From Mobula hypostoma (taxonomy: Eukaryota): DNA of 64,000 nucleotides. The translations under genes and the position numbers were made by a program. Position 1 is the first letter of the stretch. Each line of letters begins with the position of its first letter. The stretch covers positions 104,596,001 to 104,660,000 of the forward strand of contig NC_086108.1 of NCBI RefSeq assembly GCF_963921235.1, in the 5' to 3' direction. The notes beneath the pieces were generated by a model. The model worked only from the letters and a program-made list of their open reading frames with translations, searched no databases and had not been told where the DNA came from. Of the stretch, positions 59,701-64,000 are shown in pieces.

Positions 59701-60494
59701 CCTACTCTATGATTAGAGAACACGGAACATTGAACAGTACAGCAGGGGAACATGCCCTTCAGCCCATAATGCTGTGCCGATCCAATTAAATTAGTAATTA
59801 AACGGGCCACCTTACTAATCCCTGATGTCTACACAATGCCCATATCCTTCCATTTTTCTCACATTCATGTGCCTATCTAATGTCTTTTAAAAATCCCTAA
59901 TATATCTGTCTGTACCGCCACCCTAGGCAGTGCATTCCTGGTACCCACAACTCTCCGTGTAAAAAAATTGCCTCTCACATCTCCTTTGAAATTACCCCTT
60001 CACCTTAGATGAATGCCTTCCTGTATTAGACATTTCTACCCTGGGGAGAAAGATCGTCTCTGTCTACTCCATCTTTGCCTCTCATAATCTTATAAACCTC
60101 TATCAGATCTCCCCTCAGTCTCCACTACTCCAGAGAGTAACCAATCTTGTGATTGATTAGTTGACTGATCAATCAATCGCCTTTCCCTTTTTGTCATTTT
60201 TTAGAATCCTGTTTCAGCTCACTGTTTTTCTATATCTCAGTCTCCTCTATTGGAACCATTCAGTGTATCCTACACCCTTTAAAATCTTCCATGTAACTGG
60301 GGTCCTTTACCACTTGCGCCTGTAAATTATACTCTATTCTTGGTTGGTGCAACTGTAACGAAAACCAGTTTCCCTCGGGATTAATAGAGTATGACTATGA
60401 CCATCACAGGCACCCTCTGCCCTAGACCGAAACAATAGGACGTTTTAAACTTACCCACAACACCAAAGGCGAGTGCAAGGATAATCCACCTCAT
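2592..60494 (-). CDS. vtg: Vitellogenin, 5' part: coding exons 1-16 joined (753 aa, signal peptide + lipovitellin heavy chain); continues beyond window start
   Basis: 16 exons assembled by hand with GT-AG ends and matching phases (40+21+152+252+162+149+151+158+166+126+219+218+98+125+102+120 = 2259 nt, no stops). Vtg motifs: NIQRGILNMLQ, TITKSKDL, LALKAIGNAGQP, KLFGQEI. Paralogue not assignable. Confidence 0.96.
3400..4200. mobile_element. Old Penelope-like fragments in alternating orientation
   Basis: GCTGGAGGAACTCAGCAGG pLTR motif, GIY-YIG tail remnant (3830-3890), degenerate CTGA..GAAA boxes. Confidence 0.6.
5777..5878 (-). CDS. vtg: vitellogenin exon 15
   Basis: VGIHVEGIEQAFSKSKPAFWKGPKKNSTERILEK; AAG acceptor with TACTGAC branch-like site upstream; GTAAG donor. 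Confidence 0.88.
5978..6102 (-). CDS. vtg: vitellogenin exon 14
   Basis: (D)WFLAGIDTNLYLLKKLDGILPTSAIANFRHYGLGALMDFLE; CAG/GTAAT. Confidence 0.9.
7317..7414 (-). CDS. vtg: vitellogenin exon 13
   Basis: (L)AAVFNTAVKRLSRKCDTLSYQYSKGIHFGLFS(D); CAG/GTAAG; phases 2/1 fit neighbours. Confidence 0.93.
8097..8742 (-). mobile_element. Rex1/Babar-type LINE 3' fragment
   Basis: RIIKDTTHPAN.L..LPSGRKLRSLKTHTARFGNSFFP C-terminal motif; (TACTTTA)n tail. Confidence 0.8.
9204..9421 (-). CDS. vtg: vitellogenin exon 12
   Basis: VQNIAMQLLMNKKNRAEMRIRAFIVLVETKPSMALV...ETNLQLTSFAYSYMKSL...QQS(L); CAG/GTGAG. Confidence 0.96.
10310..11068 (+). mobile_element. Chapaev3-like (CMC) DNA transposon, internally deleted
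   Basis: TIRs CACTGGACAAC...GTTGTCCAGTG, 3-bp TSD TTA both sides; transposase remnants DAKIKEGVFVGPQI, KCNMS..FLHS, AVSDE.VERFHQD..MEKWYQG..NPSMLA. Confidence 0.85.
11650..13085 (+). mobile_element. CR1 LINE 5' portion with decayed ORF1 (zinc finger/coiled coil + SGNH esterase) next to a CR1 3' tail
   Basis: HICTR..ELQ remnant; RMVCYLPSARV...ILKGEDEQPEVLVHIGTNDIGR (ORF 12402-12641). Confidence 0.75.
13186..13709. repeat. 35-bp minisatellite, about 15 copies
   Basis: Unit GATTTGTAGACTTTGGGCCTTCGACATCCCCAGTA in direct tandem, no spacers. Confidence 0.95.
13923..14141 (-). CDS. vtg: vitellogenin exon 11
   Basis: PIHDLVVEAGSRGHEEEIILALKAIGNAGQPASLKRIQKLLPGF...VMALRNIGKREPRK; CAG/GTGAG. Confidence 0.96.
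14158..14580 (+). mobile_element. tRNA-derived SINE interrupted by a Penelope-like fragment
   Basis: B-box GGTTCAAATCC; body CTGTAAGGAGTTTGTACGTTCTCCCC...GGTTTCCTCCCACATTCCAAAG; related copies near 33838, 47510, 54260 (+) and 6890, 63340 (-). Confidence 0.7.
15226..15630 (+). mobile_element. Rex1/Babar-type LINE 3' fragment nested in an older LINE
   Basis: Close reverse complement of 8097-8480. Confidence 0.8.
16260..16385 (-). CDS. vtg: vitellogenin exon 10
   Basis: EFLSSPYMNKNPFLRKITLLSYGSLVQKYCSRVQICPDQAIK; AAG acceptor after T-tract, GTATG donor. Confidence 0.93.
16573..16685. repeat. 57-bp tandem duplication (2 copies)
   Basis: ACAGGACGGGCAAACACCCAATTTGTAAAACACAACAAACTGT(G/A)TAAATATGTAAG twice. 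Confidence 0.9.
17985..18925 (+). mobile_element. CR1 LINE 3' fragment (RT)
   Basis: KFADDTK...LQQDLDKLEEWAK, LVRPHLEYC, LGLYSLE; disrupted. Confidence 0.88.
19896..20397 (+). mobile_element. Tc1-like non-autonomous element
   Basis: TIR CACTCAGTGGCCACTTT; KKCDLSDFDRGMIVGAR.GGLTISETAD transposase N-terminus; degenerate inverted TIR at right end. Confidence 0.8.
21264..21429 (-). CDS. vtg: vitellogenin exon 9
   Basis: (R)QWILDSISITATQDAIQFIRNKIEQDELSQIEAAQALFFVLHSIKPDCHGVDNAT; TAG/GTAAA. Confidence 0.94.
21477..22600 (+). mobile_element. Tc1-like element hosting a Tigger insertion
   Basis: TIR CATTCAGTGGCCACTTTATTAGG; MGKKCDLSDFD...SISETVDFLGFSHTTVS remnant resumes after 22186. Confidence 0.8.
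21532..22184 (+). mobile_element. Tigger/pogo (MER2/Tigger3-like) deletion derivative
   Basis: TA TSD at 21530-31 and 22185-86; termini CTGTCGGCCCTCCGTATC...GACTG; transposase piece EFKASKG*L..KRYSLKNLKITGELASADAEAASAFPEEL. Confidence 0.88.
23455..24250 (+). mobile_element. Relatively young CR1 LINE 3' fragment
   Basis: KLYKALVRPNLEYCVQFWSP...RRRLRGDLIEVFKIM...FFTQRVVAVWNELP; (TTATATGG)n tail. Confidence 0.9.
24770..25190 (+). mobile_element. Rex1-like LINE 3' end (same family as 47881-51138)
   Basis: MELDSLTVVSEKRMLSKLHAILDN...RKSFLPVAIKLYN; tail CAATAAAGTATGACTATGACTA. Confidence 0.88.
26108..26265 (-). CDS. vtg: vitellogenin exon 8
   Basis: VTKMLEELMQKNQVKVHPDTPQMFLYLSQLLHSANLANLQSLWDKNANKQSN(R); CAG/GTGAA. 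Confidence 0.94.
26416..26739. mobile_element. Probable solo LTR
   Basis: TGTCAGG...CCTGACA inverted ends, TATAT-like flanks; homologous to 1576-1859. Confidence 0.65.
26857..30310 (+). mobile_element. Several CR1 3' fragments around exon 7 (approx. 26857-27430, 27650-28030, 29380-29890, 30100-30310)
   Basis: LYKTLVRPNLEYC, LGLYSLEF.RMRGDLIE motifs and CR1 3' tails. Confidence 0.75.
28502..28652 (-). CDS. vtg: vitellogenin exon 7
   Basis: (R)QHLYLLDFKNESLPVPINSMEKRGGLKYQFSNELMQMPMQFVKPSYSDSK; TAG/GTAAG. Confidence 0.94.
33175..36300 (+). mobile_element. Several CR1 3' fragments around exon 6 (approx. 33175-33563, 34340-34755, 35845-36300)
   Basis: MRGDLIEVHKIM, FFTQRVVGVWNELP motifs; CR1 tails. 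Confidence 0.75.
33625..33773 (-). CDS. vtg: vitellogenin exon 6
   Basis: KGKNLRSVSTYTYILTSVEQGAEVAEVVSKESHQFTPFNELDGVASTDS(R); TAG/GTGAA; absent from ORF track. Confidence 0.95.
37503..37664 (-). CDS. vtg: vitellogenin exon 5
   Basis: NGLEGVCLTSYTIQEDKKAKHITITKSKDLNACEEKI...QQCETCQM; TAG/GTAAA. Confidence 0.96.
38030..39205 (-). mobile_element. Penelope-like element, 5'-truncated (RT C-terminus, GIY-YIG endonuclease, pLTR)
   Basis: RVPLVLTYHP...CKRNKCYTC...GLLYIGETRRRLG...PVATHFN...LEEQHLIFRLGSLQPDGMN; frameshifted. Confidence 0.88.
38087..38124 (-). ncRNA. Minimal hammerhead motif, sense to vtg (intron 4)
   Basis: UAGUC-CUGACGA-AGGGUCUCGGCCU-GAAAC-GUC-AACUG; one stem I mismatch next to the cleavage site. 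Confidence 0.55.
39210..42260 (-). mobile_element. Rex1/Babar-type LINE 3' fragment split by the RTE insertion
   Basis: FYRGTTESILTGCITAWYGNC, HPNHKQFQLLPS.KRY..IKARTNRLRDSFF; 3' UTR continues across the RTE TSD. Confidence 0.78.
39288..41461. mobile_element. RTE (BovB/Expander-like) LINE with inverted 5' segment
   Basis: Minus 39288-40205 = RT C-terminus + C2H2 tail (FKCSRCSRDCHSRVDLYSHNRRC); plus 40206-41464 = RT N-terminal part (GKAPGLDGI, GVKQGCVLAP, LFADD); TSD TGCAAATTATAGT. Confidence 0.92.
42848..43776 (+). mobile_element. Rex1/Babar-type LINE 3' fragment
   Basis: ADDTTVVGLI...WCADNNLALNTQKTKEIIVDF...FKFLGVHIS; (ATCTA)n tail. Confidence 0.88.
44525..44873. mobile_element. Probable solo LTR
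   Basis: TG...CA ends with 5-bp flanks CATGG/CACGG, interrupting a LINE fragment. Confidence 0.55.
46382..46419 (-). ncRNA. Minimal hammerhead motif variant, sense to vtg (intron 4)
   Basis: UAGUC-CUGACGA-AGGAUCUCGGCCA-GAAAC-GUU-GAUUG; weakened stem II. Confidence 0.45.
46850..46887 (+). ncRNA. Minimal type I hammerhead ribozyme motif
   Basis: UAGUC-CUGACGA-A-GGG(UCUUGG)CCC-GAAA-C-GUC-GACUG: intact core boxes, stem I, stem II, loop-less palindromic stem III. Confidence 0.72.
47881..51138 (-). mobile_element. Near full-length Rex1/Babar LINE (APE endonuclease + RT), frameshifted
   Basis: YSRDQLIAL, GNVRSLGNKMD, CFTETWL, VYIPPSA, DFNH, SDH, DYRPVALTSHIMK, TGAPQGTVLSPFLF, KFSDDS; tail AATAAAGTATGACTATGACT. 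Confidence 0.92.
51308..51559 (-). CDS. vtg: vitellogenin exon 4
   Basis: LLSPEIHEFSGSWP...FEYNWGRVGNLFA...NIQRGILNMLQISIKRNQNIYELQE; CAG/GTATT. Confidence 0.96.
52420..52710 (+). mobile_element. Decayed Penelope-like GIY-YIG fragment
   Basis: VYCIWCSRCGLCYIDET..KLGDHF...VAKHFN...EEQHLIFHLGTL. Confidence 0.75.
54546..54697 (-). CDS. vtg: vitellogenin exon 3
   Basis: (E)PFFNPKKVYLYQYQGVIFTGLPEKELTKGGLKITSKVEISAKGQRNYVLK; CAG acceptor, GTAAG donor. Confidence 0.95.
55251..55271 (-). CDS. vtg: vitellogenin exon 2 (21-nt micro-exon)
   Basis: T-tract-ACCCCACAG|GAAGCCAGCAACTACAGTACG|GTAAG; (G)SQQLQY(E); phases 1/1 fit exons 1 and 3. Confidence 0.88.
56697..56734 (-). ncRNA. Minimal type I hammerhead motif, sense to vtg (intron 1)
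   Basis: UAGUC-CUGACGA-AGGGUCUCGGCCU-GAAAC-GUC-GACUG. Confidence 0.68.
57631..57668 (+). ncRNA. Minimal type I hammerhead motif (inverted copy)
   Basis: Exact reverse complement of 56697-56734. Confidence 0.68.
58270..59300 (+). mobile_element. Decayed CR1 LINE 3' fragment
   Basis: KWRMEFNADKC..LHF...RSVVEQRDLGIQ; CR1 tail; nested inverted CR1 tail near 58965-59190. Confidence 0.78.
59390..59610 (-). mobile_element. Young tRNA-derived SINE
   Basis: A box TGGCGCAGCGG, B box GAGTTCGAATCC, (TTC)n tail, 12-bp TSD CCACGTTTGGTA. Confidence 0.88.
60455..60494 (-). CDS. vtg: vitellogenin exon 1 (coding part, signal peptide)
   Basis: MRWIILALAFGVV+G, 40 nt, donor GTAAG; TATA box just upstream. Confidence 0.93.
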
Positions 60495-60535
60495 TTTTAT
60501 AAACAGCAAGGTGACTGTAGGTTCACTTTCTGCCT

Positions 60536-60542
60536 CTTTATA
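60536..60542 (-). promoter_or_regulatory. TATA box of vitellogenin (TSS probably near 60516)
   Basis: TATAAAG on minus strand, 26 nt upstream of an initiator-like CAGTCACC and 48 nt upstream of the ATG. Confidence 0.8.
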
Positions 60543-60557
60543 GCAGGTCCTCAGGTG

Positions 60558-60591
60558 CACGTGACTGCATTCACCCTCCTCAGTAACCAAT
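60558..60591. promoter_or_regulatory. USF-type E-box (CACGTGAC, 60558-60565) and CCAAT box (60587-60591)
   Basis: Motif matches immediately upstream of TATA; function inferred. Confidence 0.5.
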
Positions 60592-60787
60592 CGCTTTCCC
60601 TTGTGGTTGGCTTAACTTCTGCTCCGATGAAGGGAAAGATATCAAACTACTTTCAAAGTGGCAGAAGCCCGCCTGTAATCAAGGTCCTTGGAGCCTGCTG
60701 CTGCAGTGATTCTGGGGAGTTTGGCTGCCAGATTTAAAGCTTTATTTGCAGTCACTCTCTGCCTTGCTTGGCAGCATAGGCCTGTGA

Positions 60788-60802
60788 GGGTTAGGGTGAC
60801 CT
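60788..60802. promoter_or_regulatory. Imperfect estrogen response element
   Basis: Minus strand AGGTCA-CCC-TAACCC: one mismatch to GGTCAnnnTGACC, about 280 bp upstream of the TSS of a classically estrogen-induced gene. Confidence 0.75.
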
Positions 60803-60807
60803 CAGTT

Positions 60808-60816
60808 TTGTGCAAT
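60808..60816 (-). promoter_or_regulatory. C/EBP-type site next to the ERE
   Basis: ATTGCACAA on minus strand, 5 bp from the ERE; fits liver expression. Confidence 0.5.
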
Positions 60817-60996
60817 TTGTCATCTCAAAATGTTGCTGTTACATCTTTAAATATTCACAATATTCCATCCCTTTCCCCATTGCATGTATTGAGTTTATTT
60901 TTCAGAGCTCTTATGCTCTATTTGCAGTAATATTATTTTAGTAGGGAGTTCTGATAAAGGATCTCAACCAGAAATATCAGATGGTTCAAATGGTTC

Positions 60997-61739
60997 AATG
61001 TGAAAAAGACTAAGGAGCTGGTGGTAGACCTGAGGAGGGCTAAGGCACCGGTGACCCCTGTTTCCATCCAGGGGGTCAGTGTGGACATGGTGGAGGATTA
61101 CAAATACCTGGGGATACGAATTGACAATAAACTGGACTGGTCAAAGAACACTGAGGCTGTCTACAAGAAGGGTCAGAGCCGTCTCTATTTCCTGAGGAGA
61201 CTGAGGTCCTTTAACATCTGCTGGACGATGCTGAGGATGTTCTATGAGTCTGCGGTAGCCAGCGCTATCATGTTTGCTGTTGGGTGCTGGGGCAGCAGGC
61301 TGAGTGTAGCAGACACGAACAAAATCAACAAACTCATTCGTAAGGCCAGTGATGTTGTGGGGATGGAACCGGACTCTCTGACGGTGGTGTCTGAAAAGAG
61401 GATGCTGTCCAAGTTGCATGCCATCTTGGACAATGTCTCCTGAACACTACATAATGTACTGGTTGGGCACAGGAGTACATTCAGCCAGAGACTCATTCCA
61501 CCGAGATGCAACACAGAGCGTCATAGGAAGTCATTCCTGCCTGTGGCCATCAAACTTTACAACCCCTCCCTTGGAGGGTCAGACACCCTGAGCCAATAGG
61601 CTGGTCCTGGATTTATTTCCTGGCGTAATTTACATATTACTATTTAACTATTTATGGTTTTATTACCATTTAATTATTTATGGTGCAACTGTAATGAAAA
61701 CCAATTTCCCTCAGGATCAATAAAGTATGACTATGACTA
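60997..61739 (+). mobile_element. Rex1-like LINE 3' fragment upstream of the vtg promoter
   Basis: ORF 61000-61443 KKTKELVVDLRR...KKGQSRLYFLRRLRSF; same tail as 47881 element. Confidence 0.9.
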
Positions 61740-62629
61740 ATGTCAGAGAATGTATACAGTATACTACCTGAAATTGTTACTCTTCACAGACGTCCACGAG
61801 ACAGAAGAGTTACACTGAAGAATGAATGACAGAAAAACGTTAAAACCCCAATGCCCTCTCCCTCCTCCCATGCATAGGCAACAGCAAAAGCATCAGCCCT
61901 CCCCCTCCCATCATGCAAGCAATAGCAAAACCTTCAAAGAAAATTTATTCCTCTCCATAGATGCTGTCTGACTGGCCAAGTTCCTCCAGCATTTTGCATG
62001 TGTTGCACAGGAGTGGAAGAGGCTTGTGGAAGACAAAGCTGGGGATAATTAGTGTGGTGCACTGATCCTTTGGCAGAGTCTATGGAGTCACTCCGGAGGG
62101 GTTGAGTTAGAGGGGAGGGGGATTGATGACATCAGATCCAATAAGGCATACCAGGGGTGGCTTCCTTGGGGGATGTAGTCGGTGACTGTAATTGGTAATG
62201 GGAACAGTCCCCAGTTATGTTGGGTCTTCATTGTCCTCGTTCTTTGCTGTGGCGGTGGATCTAGCAATCCTGACTTACTGTTTAGTCAAATAACTAATTA
62301 ATTTGTTCAGCATATTGTTCAGCAATCAACAACACTCCCTCTGAAACCTTGCACAAAGCTTCCTCATGGACTTTGTACTGAGCGGTTTATTAGCTTAACC
62401 CTGGATCAGGTAACCCTCTTTCGGAGACACAAGTGAGTGCATATACTGGAATCTAGAATTACTCAATGGGTCGAGCAGCATTTGTGGAGGTAGACAAATT
62501 GTCGATGTATCACCTCGAGCTCCTGAGCGCTGACAGTATCTCTACTCCAAATATTCTGCTCGATTCACTGAGTTCCTCTACCTGCCAATGTTATTCTGTA
62601 GATTCCAATGTCTGCACTCTCCTTCAGGA

Positions 62630-63130
62630 CATGAAAACCAAAAGTCCACAAGCCATTCCTCATCAGAGGGGGAAAGGGTCAGCAACTTTAAATTCCTCAG
62701 TGTTATTATTTCGGAGGAGGTGTCCTGGGCCCAGCACGTAAGTGAAATTATGAAAAAGCACGACAGTGCCTCTACTTCTTTCGGAGTTTGCGAAGATTTG
62801 GTATGACATATGAAACTTTGATGAACTTCTATAGAGGTAGTGGAGAGCATATTAACTCGCTGCATCATAGCCTGGTATGGAAACACCATTGTTCTTGAAT
62901 GGAAAATCCTACAAAATGTAGTGGTTACGGCCCAGTCCATCACAGGGAAAGCCCTTCCAACCATTGAAAATATTTGCATGAAATTCTGTCGCAGGAAAGT
63001 AGCCTGCATCATCAGGGACCTTCACCACCTAGCACATGTTCTCTTCTTGCTGCCATCAGGAAGAAGGTACAGGAACCTTCATATCCTCATTACCTGGTTC
63101 AGAAACAGTTACTACCCCACAACCATCAGG
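62630..63130 (+). mobile_element. Decayed Rex1/Babar-type LINE 3' fragment
   Basis: ERVSNFKFL, VESILT.CI.AWYGN, LPSGRRYR..FRNSYYP motifs. Confidence 0.75.
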
Positions 63131-64000
63131 AGCTTGTGCAAAGTTTCAGAGGGAGTGTTGATTGCAAAACCAATGTATTTCACTGTGCATTTCAATGTTT
63201 TGATGTACATGCACGTGACAACTAAAGCTAATCTTTAACTCAACAGTCCGAACATGCGCTCCGAGCAGCCCCAAGTGTCACCATATTTACAGCACCAACA
63301 TAGCATGCCCTCAGCTTACCATCCCTTATTACCATGTCCCCCTTTGGAATATGGGAGGAAACCAGAGCACCTGGAGGTGACAATTACAGGGTGAACATAC
63401 AAATTCCTTACACAAAGCAGCGGGAATACAACCAGTGATCACTGATGTTAAAAAGCATTATGCTAACCACTACACTACCATGCTGACCTGTTGAATTAAA
63501 ATCTCTACATTTCCCAAACACCCAACACAAGCAATAATAATTAAAAGTAGGTGAGTGATCAGTGAAGCTGTGTTTTGGCTTGAGGGAGAAATGTCGACAT
63601 GTGCTCCTGGGGATCTCCCATTGGTTCCTCACCGGAAGTGCTGATCACATGACTTGAGAGCTCACTCCCCACCAAAAATGGTCTCCATCTATAATATCCT
63701 ATGGCTTGTGTGTGGGGTTTTGAAAGTGTAATCTGCCATGCCAAACCAACATTCGCTTGGACGAAATTAGGGTTTGTGTTGTGCAAGTCTCCAGTTCTAG
63801 CGCATGGAAACCTTCTGTCCTATCTGGTTCTCACAGTCTGCAGACCTTGGAGAGGTTTACTCAGTAAAGTAAATAATCACATTGGACAGTAGCCCTAACT
63901 GGGTGGTAAAATGTTCAATAATTTTGCGGTTAGAGATTCTTTGCTACGAATTGCTGTTCAATTTGTGAAAGTCACAACTTTCATCAAAGAGAGCTTTCAG

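Noticed and set aside
61740..64000. Neighbouring gene or further EREs upstream
   Set aside because: Only LINE/SINE remnants and unclassified sequence; no recognisable exon or near-consensus ERE by eye.

Overview
Eukaryotic (vertebrate) genomic DNA. The repeat content suggests a cartilaginous fish, probably a ray; this is an inference. The window holds the promoter and first 16 coding exons of a vitellogenin gene on the minus strand. The ATG is at 60494 and exon 16 ends at 2592, giving 2259 coding nt = 753 aa: signal peptide plus most of the lipovitellin heavy chain. All introns are GT-AG, phases are consistent and there are no stops; the gene runs off the left edge. The promoter has a TATA box, a USF-type E-box, a CCAAT box, a one-mismatch estrogen response element and an adjacent C/EBP site. 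Introns are packed with decayed transposons: CR1, Rex1/Babar-type and RTE LINEs, Penelope-like elements, tRNA-derived SINEs, Tc1-like, Tigger/MER2-like and Chapaev3-like DNA transposons, solo LTRs and a 35-bp minisatellite. Most ORFs in the track are TE remnants or noise. Most notable: (1) minimal hammerhead ribozyme motifs in Penelope-like insertions, three in the sense strand of the vitellogenin pre-mRNA, two of them with an inverted complementary copy nearby; (2) a twin-primed, 5'-inverted RTE with an intact 13-bp TSD; (3) a Tigger element closely resembling mammalian MER2; (4) a Chapaev3 derivative; (5) a 99-nt stop-free in-frame intron. There is no CRISPR array or prokaryotic system. I cannot claim a wholly new biological system; the ribozyme-in-intron arrangement is the best candidate for follow-up. 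TE family names come from remembered motifs, not database searches, and boundaries without TSDs are approximate.
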